Below, in pieces: positions 1-10,145 of a stretch of DNA of 32,000 nt (the first letter of the stretch is position 1; each line of letters starts with the position of its first letter). The translations under genes and the position numbers were made by a program. Origin of the DNA: Synechococcus sp. A15-24 (GTDB lineage: Bacteria; Cyanobacteriota; Cyanobacteriia; PCC-6307; Cyanobiaceae); the NCBI RefSeq assembly GCF_014280195.1, contig NZ_CP047960.1, positions 1,410,001-1,442,000 of the forward strand, in the 5' to 3' direction. Under the pieces are notes generated by a model. It saw nothing but the letters and a program-made list of their open reading frames with translations. It was not told where the DNA came from and ran no database searches.

Positions 1-1002
1 ATGAGTGGTAAGGGCGCCTGTTGCGCTGAAGGCCTTGTGGATGCAGCCGGAATTTGCGAACAGCTCGGCATTCCCCATCACGTGGTGGACACCCGGGACA
101 CCTTTCAAAAGGAAATCGTGCAGCGGCTGGTGGACGGCTACCGCGACGGCATCACGCCCTTGCCCTGCTCCCAGTGCAACCGTTCGGTGAAGTTCGGGCC
201 GATGCTCGACTGGGCCGCCGAGGAACGGGGGCTGCCCCGGATTGCCACAGGCCATTACGCCAGGATCCGCCATGGCGGTGACCAAGGCCGGCATCAGTTG
301 TTGCGAGGGCTCGACAGTCGCAAAGACCAGAGCTATTTCCTCTACGACCTGCCCCAGGAGGTGCTGGGACGGATCGTGTTCCCCCTTGGCGAACTCACCA
401 AAGCCGACACCAGACTGGAAGCAGCTCGACACGGCCTGCGCACCGCGGAGAAACCGGAAAGCCAGGATCTCTGCCTTGCGGATCACCATGGCTCCATGCG
501 GGCGTTTCTCGACGCCTATCTGCCTCCACGACAAGGCGAGATCGTGCTGAGTGACGGCACGGTGGTTGGTGAGCATGACGGCATCGAGCACTTCACCATC
601 GGTCAACGCAAGGGGCTGGGGGTGGCCTGGCGGGAACCGCTCCACGTGATCCGGCTCGACCCCGCCATGAATCAGGTGGTGGTGGCGCCCCGGGCGGAGG
701 CGGGGCAACGCAGCTGTGTGGTGGGGGCAATCAATTGGGTCTCCATCGCACCGCTCCAGCAGCCGCTGGAGCTGGAGGTTCAGATGCGCTATCGCAGTGA
801 GCCGGTTGCAGCACAACTCACCCCGATTCCCCACACACCAGAGGATGAAGCGCTCCAGCGGCCTCACCGCTGCCGGCTGCAATTCCTCGATGATCAGTTC
901 TCCATCACACCCGGACAGGCCGCCGTCTTCTACAGAGGAGAAACGGTGTTGGGTGGAGGGCTGATTCAGCGGGACGACCAGGCCCAGACCAACCGCGAAT
1001 AA
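1..1002 (+). CDS. mnmA: tRNA 2-thiouridine(34) synthase MnmA/TrmU, 5'-truncated by the window edge
   Basis: The translation carries MnmA-like central and C-terminal regions ([33 protein letters not shown]). The N-terminal PP-loop (SGGxDS) is absent, so the true start lies upstream of base 1. Confidence 0.9.
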   Translation: MSGKGACCAEGLVDAAGICEQLGIPHHVVDTRDTFQKEIVQRLVDGYRDGITPLPCSQCNRSVKFGPMLDWAAEERGLPRIATGHYARIRHGGDQGRHQLLRGLDSRKDQSYFLYDLPQEVLGRIVFPLGELTKADTRLEAARHGLRTAEKPESQDLCLADHHGSMRAFLDAYLPPRQGEIVLSDGTVVGEHDGIEHFTIGQRKGLGVAWREPLHVIRLDPAMNQVVVAPRAEAGQRSCVVGAINWVSIAPLQQPLELEVQMRYRSEPVAAQLTPIPHTPEDEALQRPHRCRLQFLDDQFSITPGQAAVFYRGETVLGGGLIQRDDQAQTNRE

Positions 1003-2363
1003 CCCGTCAGCTGTTGCCTCCGTAGGAGCTCAGCCGCCGCGATAGCGTCGGTTTGCGGCTCCAACAACAGCTGCACGGTTCCATCCGCCGACACCAGGGC
1101 CGTCGGCCCGGTGTTTGCAACACTCAACACATCGCGACCGGTTTCGATGGCCCGCAGCTGAGCCAGGGCCAGGAATTGCCGTTGCAACAGCTGGGGGTAA
1201 GGATCGAGATTGGCAATCGTCAACAACCACTCCGCCCCCTGTGCCGTCGCCTTGGCCAAAGCCCGTCCATTGCTGATCTCGTAGCAGATCGCCACAGCAA
1301 TAGGTGATGGCCAGGTATTCGCAAAACGAGAGGCATCTCCCGGCTGGAGCCCCCCCACCGCCGACAACCCCCGGGTGAAGCCTGCCGGCAGCGGTGGCAA
1401 CCACTCACCGAGCGGCACCAGGCGATGCTTGTCCACGAGGGGCTCTACCCCCGCACGATCGGGCCTTGCCAGCAACACACTGCTTCGCTGCTGCCCCCGA
1501 ACCCAGCGAAAGCCTCCGCTGATCAACGGCAAGGGCAAACCGTCCTCATCAGGCTGCCAGTGGGACGGCAGGGTTCCCTCCGGCGCTACCAACGCCTCCA
1601 CCTTCAGAGCCTGAGCCTGTTTCAAGGCCGAGGACAGCGCCGACTGGAAGCGCCGCTGACGCTCCGGGCTGAATTTTTCACGGGTGGGAATCGCCGGCTG
1701 CCAGGCACCAAGTCGCAGGGCAGCGAGGGCGGGCGGTGGACTCAAACTGAGTGCCCCCACGGCATGGGCCAGCAGAAGGGAGATTAACCACCCGGCGCAG
1801 CGTCGCCCCCGACGGCGCCAGAGCTGCCAGAGCCCCCAACCCCAGAGCAGCTGGAGCGTGGCCAGTCCGCCACTGCCCAGCCAGCGGCCCAGGCCAGCCA
1901 GGGGGCGATCCAGGGGCAGCACGCTGCCTCCAACACCGATCCAGAACAACGGAGACCCCTCAAGCAGCAACTCGGCTGCTCCCCAGACCAAAGCCAAAAT
2001 CAGAACTGCTCCGAATCGCCAAGTCCCGTCCCTCCGGCGGCACAACCGAGCCAACAGCGCCCACAGCAGCAGCAACAGGGCTGCAGCAACTCCGCAGCTC
2101 AGCCAGATCACCACAGCCACCGGCAGGCTGAGCCATGCCGGCAGACCCATCCAAGTGAGTGGATGCAAGCCAAGCAGCCAGCGGTGGCTGATCAATACAG
2201 CCAAGAGACCCCAAAGCACCGCATCACGCGGTCGTTCCACCAGCGACCACAGCAGGGCCAGAGCAGGAAGCATCGACAAGGGACCGGCAACTCCTGGGGC
2301 CAGTCCGGCCAGGAGGCCACCCAGAACAGCTCGCAGCAGTGGCTGGGATCGGAGATCGCCCAT
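966..2363 (-). CDS. lnt: apolipoprotein N-acyltransferase
   Basis: 465 aa. The N-terminal half is polytopic and hydrophobic. The C-terminal half is a CN-hydrolase domain ([28 protein letters not shown]). Its 3' end overlaps the mnmA 3' end convergently by 37 nt. Confidence 0.85.
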   Translation of the reverse strand: MGDLRSQPLLRAVLGGLLAGLAPGVAGPLSMLPALALLWSLVERPRDAVLWGLLAVLISHRWLLGLHPLTWMGLPAWLSLPVAVVIWLSCGVAAALLLLLWALLARLCRRRDGTWRFGAVLILALVWGAAELLLEGSPLFWIGVGGSVLPLDRPLAGLGRWLGSGGLATLQLLWGWGLWQLWRRRGRRCAGWLISLLLAHAVGALSLSPPPALAALRLGAWQPAIPTREKFSPERQRRFQSALSSALKQAQALKVEALVAPEGTLPSHWQPDEDGLPLPLISGGFRWVRGQQRSSVLLARPDRAGVEPLVDKHRLVPLGEWLPPLPAGFTRGLSAVGGLQPGDASRFANTWPSPIAVAICYEISNGRALAKATAQGAEWLLTIANLDPYPQLLQRQFLALAQLRAIETGRDVLSVANTGPTALVSADGTVQLLLEPQTDAIAAAELLRRQQLTGYSRLVWAWSSR

Positions 2364-2415
2364 GGTCAGCGATGCGCAGCAGCGTCATCCTGATGCCAGG
2401 CCGCAACTGAGACGG

Positions 2416-2745
2416 ATGGACTCCGGCAACCCTCTGCAACAACTGCTTCTGCGCGGCCTCGGCACCACGAGCCTGGTGGCCGATCGTCTGCGCGGGGTCA
2501 CCCAGGACTGGGTCAGTCGCGGCCGGCTGGACCCCAACCAGGCCTCAGCACTTGTGGACGATGTGATGAAGGCGCTTCGGGGGGAAACACCAGAACTGGA
2601 GGAGAAGGTTGAGCGAGACATCGGGCGCAACCGCGACAACCTCCTGCAGGACATCGGTGTGGCCAGTCAGAAGGAACTTGATGAACTGCGCGGCCGCATC
2701 GACCGGATCGAGCAACAGCTGCGGCAGTTGAATCGTGCCGACTAG
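2416..2745 (+). CDS. small coiled-coil protein, possibly phasin-like (function unknown)
   Basis: Only the last 109 codons of the 1684..2745 ORF lie outside lnt on the opposite strand. ATG at 2416. The sequence is charged with heptad-like character ([19 protein letters not shown]). The family assignment is from memory and weak. Confidence 0.6.
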   Translation: MDSGNPLQQLLLRGLGTTSLVADRLRGVTQDWVSRGRLDPNQASALVDDVMKALRGETPELEEKVERDIGRNRDNLLQDIGVASQKELDELRGRIDRIEQQLRQLNRAD

Positions 2746-2791
2746 GCCAACCGTCCGGGGGCCAGAATCAAGGCCATTCAATGCGGCAGTC

Positions 2792-3418
2792 ATGCGCGAC
2801 ATCCTGATCAGCTCCACGGTCTGCGTGCTCTGCCTGCTGTTGGCCCTGGTCAGTCAGCTGGTGGCCCCCTCCACTGTCAACGCAGCAGCAGCCGACGCAG
2901 CAGCTGCCACCAGCACCGCCGCAACCGCCAGCGTTGTCGCCAAGACCACCAGCGCCGTAGTAGCGCGGTCCAGCTTCGAGCTGGATCCGGATGATCCCAA
3001 CCCAACCTTGTTCGCCATGGCTCCCGACACCAACCAGGCCGATGCCTCCGCCCTCGGCGGCCCCCTCGACGCCCCCGACACCCAGATCACAGCCAGCGGA
3101 CTGAAGATCACAGAACTGCAGGTCGGCGAAGGAGCGGAAGCCGCCTCCGGCCAGACCGTTGCAGTGCACTACCGGGGAACCCTTGAAAACGGCAAGCAGT
3201 TCGACGCCAGCTACGACCGGGGCACCCCGTTCAACTTCCCCCTCGGAGCCGGACGGGTGATCAAAGGTTGGGATGAAGGCGTGGTCGGCATGAAGGTCGG
3301 CGGCAAGCGCAAACTGGTGATCCCGCCGGATCTCGCCTACGGCAGCCGCGGTGCTGGCGGCGTCATCCCCCCCAACGCCACCCTGGTGTTCGAAGTCGAG
3401 CTGCTCGACGTGAAGTGA
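2792..3418 (+). CDS. FKBP-type peptidyl-prolyl cis-trans isomerase with N-terminal hydrophobic signal/anchor and Ala/Thr-rich linker
   Basis: The C-terminal FKBP domain reads [50 protein letters not shown] prefer ATG 2792 (MRDILISS..) over ATG 2735, which would overlap the upstream gene. Confidence 0.85.
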   Translation: MRDILISSTVCVLCLLLALVSQLVAPSTVNAAAADAAAATSTAATASVVAKTTSAVVARSSFELDPDDPNPTLFAMAPDTNQADASALGGPLDAPDTQITASGLKITELQVGEGAEAASGQTVAVHYRGTLENGKQFDASYDRGTPFNFPLGAGRVIKGWDEGVVGMKVGGKRKLVIPPDLAYGSRGAGGVIPPNATLVFEVELLDVK

Positions 3419-3462
3419 TGGGCCGCAGTTAGGCTTAACGCAAGCACTTTCGTTCCCAACCG

Positions 3463-3936
3463 ATGCTGCGCTCGGCCCTCACCGCCCTCGTTCGCGCCCT
3501 TCCCGCACCTGCGGCGGAAGCCCATTGCGATGGACCCTGCGGCGTATACGACCCAGCTTCTGCCCGTGTTGCGGCTGAAGCCGTCCTCTCCATGACCAAG
3601 AAGCTCAAGGCCATGGAGGCTCCAGCTGCAGGTGATGCTGCGGCTCTTGCTGCCTACAACAACACCTCCGGTCGCTACGTGGCCATCAAGGAGGAGGAAG
3701 CGCAAAAGACCAAAAAGGAACTGCTGATCCTGTGGACCGACTATTTCAAGCCGGAGCACCTGGCCACCTTCCCCGATCTGCACGACACCTTCTGGAAAGC
3801 CGCCAAGCTCTGCAGCGCCTGCAAGGTCAACATTGACCAGGCAAAAGCTGAGGAATTGATGGCTGCCGTCGAGAAAGTTCACGGCATGTTCTGGCAATCC
3901 AAGGGCCGCAGCGACGCCTGGGTCACCGCCTCCTGA
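3463..3936 (+). CDS. sodN: nickel superoxide dismutase precursor
   Basis: The Ni-hook motif HCDGPCGVYDP starts at codon 21 (His codon at 3523), preceded by a 20-aa propeptide. The 157-aa length fits Ni-SOD. Confidence 0.95.
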   Translation: MLRSALTALVRALPAPAAEAHCDGPCGVYDPASARVAAEAVLSMTKKLKAMEAPAAGDAAALAAYNNTSGRYVAIKEEEAQKTKKELLILWTDYFKPEHLATFPDLHDTFWKAAKLCSACKVNIDQAKAEELMAAVEKVHGMFWQSKGRSDAWVTAS

Positions 3937-3947
3937 ATCGGAACCAC

Positions 3948-4325
3948 TTGCTCCCTCCTCTTGCAGCAGCAGGTCTTCAGGATCTGTTGCTGTTTTTTTG
4001 TGGCCGTCGTCAGCTGTTGAAAGTCCAAGGGGAGTCCATGCTTCCGCACCTGGGCTCCGAAGACCGGATCCTGGTGAACCAGCGGCGCCGTCCCCAACCC
4101 GGTGACGTTGTCGTGGCGTGGCATCCCAGCAAACCGGGGGTTCGTCTGGTCAAACGGATGCACGGGATGGATGCCAACGGCATGACCCTCCTGGGTGACA
4201 ACCCTTCAGCCAGCACCGACAGCCGTCAGCTGGGGCCCATCCCCTTGGCGTTGCTGATTGGTGTGGCGACGTCGTGTCTCAGAAAATCGCAGCCGACGTC
4301 TTCTGCAACCAAATGGCACCCGTGA
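3948..4325 (+). CDS. sodX: S26-family signal-peptidase-like Ni-SOD maturation protease
   Basis: Contains the GESMLP (Ser nucleophile) and VKRM (Lys) motifs. It sits immediately downstream of sodN. The start is a TTG at 3948 and must lie upstream of the GESM motif. The 3' end overlaps sodT convergently. Confidence 0.8.
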   Translation: MLPPLAAAGLQDLLLFFCGRRQLLKVQGESMLPHLGSEDRILVNQRRRPQPGDVVVAWHPSKPGVRLVKRMHGMDANGMTLLGDNPSASTDSRQLGPIPLALLIGVATSCLRKSQPTSSATKWHP

Positions 4326-4947
4326 CAATCGAGAGGGCACCGGTGCCACCCACCAGCCAGGGAAGCAACCGTGCACCGCTGCGCAGCGTGAGGAAAGACA
4401 CCACAGCAACCACGGCAACCATCGCGGCAATGGAACCGCAGAGGTACGCCACCAGGTAGCCAAACGCAGCGGCGGGAGGCAGCGCCAAGGCAGGGATCAC
4501 AGCCAGCAGGTGGCTGGCACCGGCCAGTCCATGCAGCAGCCCCAGTCCAGAAGCGGCATGGGCATGGCGCCTGTGGTTGCCTTGTCCACGCACATGCAGA
4601 TGCAAGTGCTGGTGCGGTTGGTCACCCTCGTGATGGTGCTCATGGCTGTGCAGCTCAAGACCGAAGGCCGTTCTCACCGCCAGGGCACCCACCACCAGTA
4701 GAGCGACGCCCACCAGAAACTCAGCCCAGGAGGACATCGTCTCCACATGGACCAGATCCTTGAGCCCGATTGAGATCACAGCGAGGAGCACCACTCCGGC
4801 CGAATGACCGGCTCCCCAGGCGAAGCCTGCACGCAGGGCCGGCAAGGGCTTGCGCAACGAAAAGGGAGCCATCGCCACCAGATGATCAACGCCACCAACG
4901 ACGTGAACAGCACCGGCAGCGAAACCGGTGAGGATGCTGATCAGCAA
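4279..4947 (-). CDS. sodT: HupE/UreJ-like putative nickel permease with His-rich loop
   Basis: Polytopic membrane protein with a HVVGGVDHLVAM motif and a central loop HSHEHHHEGDQPHQHLHLH..HRRHAH. Adjacent to sodN-sodX, as described for marine cyanobacterial sodT. Confidence 0.75.
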   Translation of the reverse strand: MLISILTGFAAGAVHVVGGVDHLVAMAPFSLRKPLPALRAGFAWGAGHSAGVVLLAVISIGLKDLVHVETMSSWAEFLVGVALLVVGALAVRTAFGLELHSHEHHHEGDQPHQHLHLHVRGQGNHRRHAHAASGLGLLHGLAGASHLLAVIPALALPPAAAFGYLVAYLCGSIAAMVAVVAVVSFLTLRSGARLLPWLVGGTGALSIVTGAIWLQKTSAAIF

Positions 4948-4989
4948 GGCACCGCCCCTAAAAGAATCATTCTGCAGGACCGTTCCAGT

Positions 4990-5874
4990 TCAACCGTGGA
5001 TCAGGTTGGTCAGGGCCGACTGAACATCCTGCTGACGCATCAGCGCTTCGCCAACCAACACGGCATCGGCGCCAGCGGCCTTGACCCGGTCCAGATCGGA
5101 ACGGTCGAAGAGGCCTGACTCACTCACCAGCAACGCGCCCTGATCCTGAAGATGGTCGCCGAAGCGTTCCATGAGCTGCTCGGTGGTGGCCAGATCCGTC
5201 TCGAAGCTGGTGAGATCACGGTTGTTGATGCCGATCAAGGGGAAGCCGCCAATGCTGAGCACCCAGTCCATTTCAGTGGCGTCATGGACTTCCACCAACA
5301 CCATGAGGCCCAGAGCCGCTGCGGCCTTGCTTAGATAACGCAGATCCTGATCCGTGAGGATCGCTGCAATCAGCAGCACGGCATCAGCACCGGCCGCGCG
5401 TGCCTGGAACAGCTGATAGGGGCTGAGGACGAATTCCTTGCACAGCAAAGGCAGATCCACCGCCTGCCGCACCTCAACCAGCACGTCGAAGCCGCCCTGG
5501 AAAAAGGTCTTATCGGTGAGTACAGACAGGCAGCTTGCACCGCCGGCGGCGTAGGCCTTGGCGATGGCGACAGGATCGAAATCCTCCCGGATCACCCCCT
5601 TGCTGGGGCTCGCCTTCTTCACTTCAGCGATCACGGCAGGCTGAACAGGTGCCTCGCGCAGTGCAGCGAGGAAGTCCCGTGTCGGCGGCAGATCCTCGAT
5701 CTGCCGTTTGAGGGTCTGCAACGGCACCCGCTCGCGGGCGGCATCCACTTCACGGTCCTTGGTCCAGACGATCTTTTCGAGAATGTTCTTGGGTTCCTCC
5801 TCGTCGTGGGGAACGGCGTACTCCAGATACGCCACGCGCACCTTGGGATTGGGGGGACGACGACGGATCTCCAT
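4990..5874 (-). CDS. trpC: indole-3-glycerol phosphate synthase
   Basis: 294 aa with [26 protein letters not shown] and ESG motifs. Confidence 0.95.
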   Translation of the reverse strand: MEIRRRPPNPKVRVAYLEYAVPHDEEEPKNILEKIVWTKDREVDAARERVPLQTLKRQIEDLPPTRDFLAALREAPVQPAVIAEVKKASPSKGVIREDFDPVAIAKAYAAGGASCLSVLTDKTFFQGGFDVLVEVRQAVDLPLLCKEFVLSPYQLFQARAAGADAVLLIAAILTDQDLRYLSKAAAALGLMVLVEVHDATEMDWVLSIGGFPLIGINNRDLTSFETDLATTEQLMERFGDHLQDQGALLVSESGLFDRSDLDRVKAAGADAVLVGEALMRQQDVQSALTNLIHG

Positions 5875-5897
5875 GGCAATCAGAAATAAGGGCTTAC

Positions 5898-7340
5898 TCA
5901 GGCGGTGAGCTGGGAGGCAGCCTGCTTGTAGGCCACTTCCACCACTTCGCTGAGGGTGGGATGGGTGTGCACCTCCGTTGACAACTGCCGCACGCTCTGA
6001 CGACGTGCCACTGCATTGGCAACCTCCTGAATCAGATCAGCGGCATGCAGTCCGTAGATGTGAGCGCCCAGCACTTCTCCACTGCTCTTGTTGAACAGCA
6101 GCTTCATCAGGCCATCGCTTTCCAGCTCCGCCAGTGCCTTGGAATTGGCCTTGAAATAGCTCCGAACGGACCCCAGCTGAAAACCATCCGTTTCGGCGAG
6201 CTGCTTGGCCTCTGCCTCCGTGAGTCCCACCGAACTGATCTCCGGATGGGTGAAGGTGGCAGCAGGGATACTGCGGTAATCGATGGTGCGGTTGTGGCCA
6301 AGGATGTTGTCCACCGCAACTTTGCCCTGAGCCGCAGCCGTGTGGGCCAGCATCAGCTTTCCGGTGACGTCGCCAACGGCCCAGAGATGCGGCACCGGCT
6401 GACCGTTGACCAGAACGCTCATGCTGTCGTCGATGGGCACAAAGCCGCGGTTGGTCTCAATGTTGAGCGACTCCAAGTTCAACCCCTTGCTGCTGGGCAC
6501 CCGGCCGGTGGCCACCAGCACGGCATCCACCTCAAGGGTTTCCACCAGTTCACGGCTGTTGAAGTCCGAGAGGTCGATCCGCACTGGGCAGCCAGGGGTC
6601 ACCTTGCTGGCCAGAACGCCTGAACGGGCGTCGATGTCACGGCCATCGATCAGGTGACGTCCAGCGATCTTGGCAATGTCGGGGTCAAAGGTGGGCATGA
6701 CCCGATCAAGCGCCTCGATCATCGTCACCTCGCAACCAAGGGCGGTGTAAACGTCAGCGAACTCCAGACCGATATAACCGCTGCCGACAATGGCGATCCA
6801 GCGCGGCAGCCACTCGAGGTTGATGGCTTCGTCACTGGTGAACACCGTGCGGCCATCCGTTTCGATCCCAGGCGGAACAAACGGGTCAGAGCCTGTCGCC
6901 ACGATCACATCTTTTGCGCTGAGGACCCGGTCAACACCACTGGGTTCGCGCAGTCCCACCCGCTGGGATCCCTCCAGACGGCCATGCCCCCGCAGGATTG
7001 TGACGCCTGCTCTCTCCAGGGTCTTGGTCAGGTTGGTGCGAATCGTCTTCACCAATTGGTTGGCGTGATCAGCGATCTTCTGCCGTTCGAAGCGCACAGG
7101 TGCCGCATGGATCCCGAAACTGGCCAGGTGCTGATCGTCGGCCAGTTCCCGCACCTTGCCACTGGCTGCCAATAGCGCCTTGGACGGCACACAGCCGCGA
7201 TTGACACAAGTGCCGCCCATCTCCCGCGATTCAATGATGGCGGTTTTGAGGCCATGCTCAGCGGCATGTTTGGCGGCATCGAAGCCGCCGTAACCGGCGC
7301 CGATGACGATGACGTCGAAGTCGAAACTGGCGTCGCTCAC
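5898..7340 (-). CDS. lpdA: dihydrolipoyl dehydrogenase (E3)
   Basis: Has an N-terminal GAGYGG FAD fold, the redox disulfide [13 protein letters not shown] and the C-terminal HTHPTLSE interface motif. GTG start overlaps the upstream stop (GTGA). Confidence 0.95.
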   Translation of the reverse strand: MSDASFDFDVIVIGAGYGGFDAAKHAAEHGLKTAIIESREMGGTCVNRGCVPSKALLAASGKVRELADDQHLASFGIHAAPVRFERQKIADHANQLVKTIRTNLTKTLERAGVTILRGHGRLEGSQRVGLREPSGVDRVLSAKDVIVATGSDPFVPPGIETDGRTVFTSDEAINLEWLPRWIAIVGSGYIGLEFADVYTALGCEVTMIEALDRVMPTFDPDIAKIAGRHLIDGRDIDARSGVLASKVTPGCPVRIDLSDFNSRELVETLEVDAVLVATGRVPSSKGLNLESLNIETNRGFVPIDDSMSVLVNGQPVPHLWAVGDVTGKLMLAHTAAAQGKVAVDNILGHNRTIDYRSIPAATFTHPEISSVGLTEAEAKQLAETDGFQLGSVRSYFKANSKALAELESDGLMKLLFNKSSGEVLGAHIYGLHAADLIQEVANAVARRQSVRQLSTEVHTHPTLSEVVEVAYKQAASQLTA

Positions 7341-8194
7341 CCGGACTGCTGCGTTGTGGCGGTCATTGTCGCCCGTCGTCGCTCCAGGAGGAGGGGCACA
7401 GCTGCCGCCGCCACATTCAGCGACTCCACCCGGGAACTGTGGGGCAAGGTCACGGCGTGGGTGCAGCAGGCCAGCAGCTCAGGGTACAGTCCACCTCCCT
7501 CGGTACCCAGCACAAGAGCTGTCGGCAGCCGCCAGTTGAGCTCCCAGTACGGCACTGGAGGGATAGGAACTTGAGAACCCGGAACCAAAGTGGCCACCAC
7601 CTGCATTCCACCTGCGGCAAGACGTTTCAGTTCGTACGTGAGTTGGCTGATCGCTGTGTCTTCATCAGGGCCAAAGCGGTGGTGTGGCAACTGCAGCAGG
7701 GCTCCAGCTGAAGCACGCAGGCTCTTGCTGCCAAGAGGGTCAACTCCCGAGCCTAACCAGACATTCTGAACATCAGCAGCCAGCGCCGTGCGCAACAACG
7801 TTCCAAGGTTCCCTGGATCCTGAATCCGGTCGAGCACCAGCAGGAAATGGGCCTCCGTTGGTGGTTCTGGAAGAGCGTTCAACGGGCACAAGCTGGCCAC
7901 GCCATCGGGAGTGACGGTGCTCAACGCTGCTGTCAGCACCTCATCGGTGACGAGACGACGGGGGATCGCCTGGTTTACGCCCACCAGGAGCTGAGTGTGC
8001 CGCTGATACCAGCGCTCTGTCGCAATCAACTCAGCCGGCTGAAGCTTGAGACGCACCAGCTCTTGCAGCAGATGGGTGCCTTCGAGCAGCAGAAGTCCCT
8101 CCTCCCCGCGTCCTGCACGGCTGGACAACGAGCGCAACCGCTTGACAAGAGGGTTCCTGCGGCTGCTGATCAATATATCCGACACACCCGGCAA
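7337..8194 (-). CDS. TrmH/SpoU-family RNA 2'-O-methyltransferase
   Basis: SPOUT motifs are present (VLDRIQDPGNLGTLLRTA, LVLGTEGGGL, VESLNVAAA). The stop overlaps the lpdA start. Confidence 0.85.
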   Translation of the reverse strand: MPGVSDILISSRRNPLVKRLRSLSSRAGRGEEGLLLLEGTHLLQELVRLKLQPAELIATERWYQRHTQLLVGVNQAIPRRLVTDEVLTAALSTVTPDGVASLCPLNALPEPPTEAHFLLVLDRIQDPGNLGTLLRTALAADVQNVWLGSGVDPLGSKSLRASAGALLQLPHHRFGPDEDTAISQLTYELKRLAAGGMQVVATLVPGSQVPIPPVPYWELNWRLPTALVLGTEGGGLYPELLACCTHAVTLPHSSRVESLNVAAAAVPLLLERRRATMTATTQQSG

Positions 8195-8202
8195 GCTACT
8201 GA

Positions 8203-8451
8203 TCAGAAGCTTGTGTGCTTCCGGACCTTGAGTTCTGTTTTCAGCGACAGATCAGAACCGTCGAGGTCGAGACCATTAATGGCTGCGATTTCCCCCTTCA
8301 ATCCTTCCGCCGCCAGGTTTTCAATCAATTTTTTGATCAACTGGTCTTCGACCGCCGACTGGTCGACCGAATCGGGTGTCAAGCGCTCCAGAAAACGACC
8401 GACCTTGGAAGCGACGACCTCAGATGCGTTTGAAATCTTCAGGACGATCAT
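8203..8451 (-). CDS. small acidic hypothetical protein (82 aa)
   Basis: A clean ORF with coding-like codon pattern and no competing ORF of quality on the other strand. It looks somewhat less GC-rich than its neighbours. I recognise no family. Confidence 0.6.
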   Translation of the reverse strand: MIVLKISNASEVVASKVGRFLERLTPDSVDQSAVEDQLIKKLIENLAAEGLKGEIAAINGLDLDGSDLSLKTELKVRKHTSF

Positions 8452-8477
8452 GACTTGTGAGAAGACGATCTCAAGTC
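8452..8477 (-). other. imperfect hairpin abutting the start codon of the 82-aa ORF
   Basis: gacttg(tg)aga-agacga-tct-caagtc forms a 9-bp stem with a 2-nt bulge and a 6-nt loop. It ends at position -1 of the ATG and lies between tRNA-Leu(CAG) and the ORF. Confidence 0.5.
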
Positions 8478-8485
8478 AAAGGTAG

Positions 8486-8569
8486 TGCGGATGGGGAGAC
8501 TTGAACTCCCACGATGTTGCCACCACTAGTACCTGAAACTAGCGCGTCTACCAATTCCGCCACATCCGC
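8486..8569 (-). tRNA. tRNA-Leu (anticodon CAG)
   Basis: Hand-folded: acceptor GCGGATG/CATCCGC, anticodon stem CTAGT/ACTAG with loop TTCAGGT, long variable arm, T-arm GGGAG-TTCAAGT-CTCCC. CCA is not encoded. Confidence 0.9.
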
Positions 8570-8665
8570 TGGCGTGTCGCCCAAGCGACTAGGTGAACAT
8601 ACGGCATCGTGACCCCGGACACCGAACCCTGATTTGGTGACCGTTGAAACCAGTTTCCCTGCCGG

Positions 8666-8677
8666 CCGTCTAGACGG
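8666..8677. promoter_or_regulatory. perfect 12-nt palindrome CCGTCTAGACGG in the tRNA-Leu/murA divergent spacer
   Basis: Read directly from the sequence, about 50 nt upstream of the preferred murA ATG. Function is unknown. Confidence 0.3.
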
Positions 8678-8726
8678 TCTCACATCTGGTTGTCAAACTG
8701 CGTGCAATCGGGAAGCAGGGCGGGAA

Positions 8727-10028
8727 ATGACGGTGGCGTCCCCAGTGTATCAAGACATTCTCAACCCCTTCCTTTCGATCGTAGGGCGCCGTCGTCTCCA
8801 AGGTGTTCTGAAGGTCAGTGGAGCCAAGAATTCAGCCCTGGTGCTGATGACCGCGAGTCTCCTCATAGACGAGGTCGTGGAACTCACAAATGTTCCCAAT
8901 CTCACCGATATCGCAGGCATGGGCCGGATCCTGTCAGCCCTTGGCGTCCAGGTTGAACACTCCGTTGACAGTGTCTCCCTGAATGCCGGAACTCTGAGCA
9001 GCCACGAACCCCCCTATGAACTGGTCAACAGCCTTCGCGCCAGTTTCTTTTGCATCGGCTCACTTCTTGGACGACTGGGGCACGCCAGGGTGCCACTGCC
9101 TGGTGGTTGTCGCATCGGCGCTCGTCCCGTTGTCGAGCACATCCGGGGACTCAAAGCGTTGGGGGCGCACGTCAGTGTTGAACACGGCATTGTCACGGCT
9201 TGCCTCAAGGGCAGCAGCAAGCGGCTCACGGGTGCATCCATCGTTTTGGATTGTCCAAGCGTGGGGGCCACTGAAACACTGCTAATGGCGGCAGTACTGG
9301 CCAGCGGCACCACCACGATTGAAAACGCCGCCCAGGAACCCGAGGTTCAGGATCTGGCCAACCTGCTGATCCAGATGGGTGCGGACATCAGCGGCGCCGG
9401 GGGACCGGTGATCAAGGTTCGGGGTGTCGAGCGTCTCCACGGCGTGCGGAACTACCCGGTCATTCCCGACCGGATCGAAGCTGGCACCTTTTTGATCGCC
9501 GCAGCGATCACCCGATCACCGCTGCGGGTGGAACCGGTGATTCCTGAGCACCTCAGTGCTGTTCTGCAAAAGCTGCGGGACTGTGGCTGCCAGCTGGAGA
9601 TCGATCAGACAGGAATCTCCATCACCCCCGGTGACATCCAGGCGGTCGACATCACCACCCAACCGTTCCCTGGCTTCCCGACCGATCTTCAGGCTCCGTT
9701 CATGGCGTTGATGGCCACCGCCCAGGGGACCAGCGTGATCAGCGAAAAGATTTATGAGAACAGGCTTCAGCACGTTGCTGAGCTTCAGCGCATGGGGGCC
9801 TCCATCCGCGTGGACGGCAGCACCGCCATCGTTGAGGGTGTTGCACAGCTCAGTGCAGCGCCTGTCACGGGCAGTGACCTGAGAGCCGCAGCAGCCATGG
9901 TGTTGGCAGGTCTCGCCGCAAATGGCACCACCAAGGTGTCTGGCCTCAAGCATCTCGATCGCGGCTACGACAACGTCGAAGCGAAGCTAAACGCCGTTGG
10001 TGCGCAGCTCGAACGGCAGCAGGGCTGA
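8727..10028 (+). CDS. murA: UDP-N-acetylglucosamine 1-carboxyvinyltransferase
   Basis: Contains VSGAKNSAL and the GGCRIGARPVVEH active-site Cys loop, with EPSP-synthase-fold repeats. I prefer ATG 8727 over the upstream start at 8634. Confidence 0.95.
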   Translation: MTVASPVYQDILNPFLSIVGRRRLQGVLKVSGAKNSALVLMTASLLIDEVVELTNVPNLTDIAGMGRILSALGVQVEHSVDSVSLNAGTLSSHEPPYELVNSLRASFFCIGSLLGRLGHARVPLPGGCRIGARPVVEHIRGLKALGAHVSVEHGIVTACLKGSSKRLTGASIVLDCPSVGATETLLMAAVLASGTTTIENAAQEPEVQDLANLLIQMGADISGAGGPVIKVRGVERLHGVRNYPVIPDRIEAGTFLIAAAITRSPLRVEPVIPEHLSAVLQKLRDCGCQLEIDQTGISITPGDIQAVDITTQPFPGFPTDLQAPFMALMATAQGTSVISEKIYENRLQHVAELQRMGASIRVDGSTAIVEGVAQLSAAPVTGSDLRAAAAMVLAGLAANGTTKVSGLKHLDRGYDNVEAKLNAVGAQLERQQG

Positions 10029-10062
10029 AGTCGGGGGCATCACTACATACAATCCCTAGTAC

Positions 10063-10145
10063 GGGAGCCTGGCGGAATTGGTAGACGCAGCTGACTCAAA
10101 ATCAGCCGGCCACTGGTCTTGGGGGTTCAAGTCCCCCGGCTCCCA
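10063..10145 (+). tRNA. tRNA-Leu (anticodon CAA)
   Basis: Acceptor GGGAGCC/GGCTCCC, anticodon stem GCTGA/TCAGC with loop CTCAAAA, long variable arm, T-arm GGGGG-TTCAAGT-CCCCC. Confidence 0.9.

Noticed and set aside
1684-2415. The N-terminal 244 codons of the 353-aa plus-strand ORF ending at 2745.
   Set aside because: This part is antisense to lnt and is extremely Arg/Pro/Ser-rich. Only the portion after ATG 2416, which lies outside lnt, looks like a real small protein.
2870-2960. A run of gca/gcc/acc codons that looks like a DNA tandem repeat.
   Set aside because: It lies in frame inside the FKBP gene and encodes an Ala/Thr-rich linker ([17 protein letters not shown]) between the signal/anchor segment and the catalytic domain. 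It is low-complexity coding sequence, not a repeat element.
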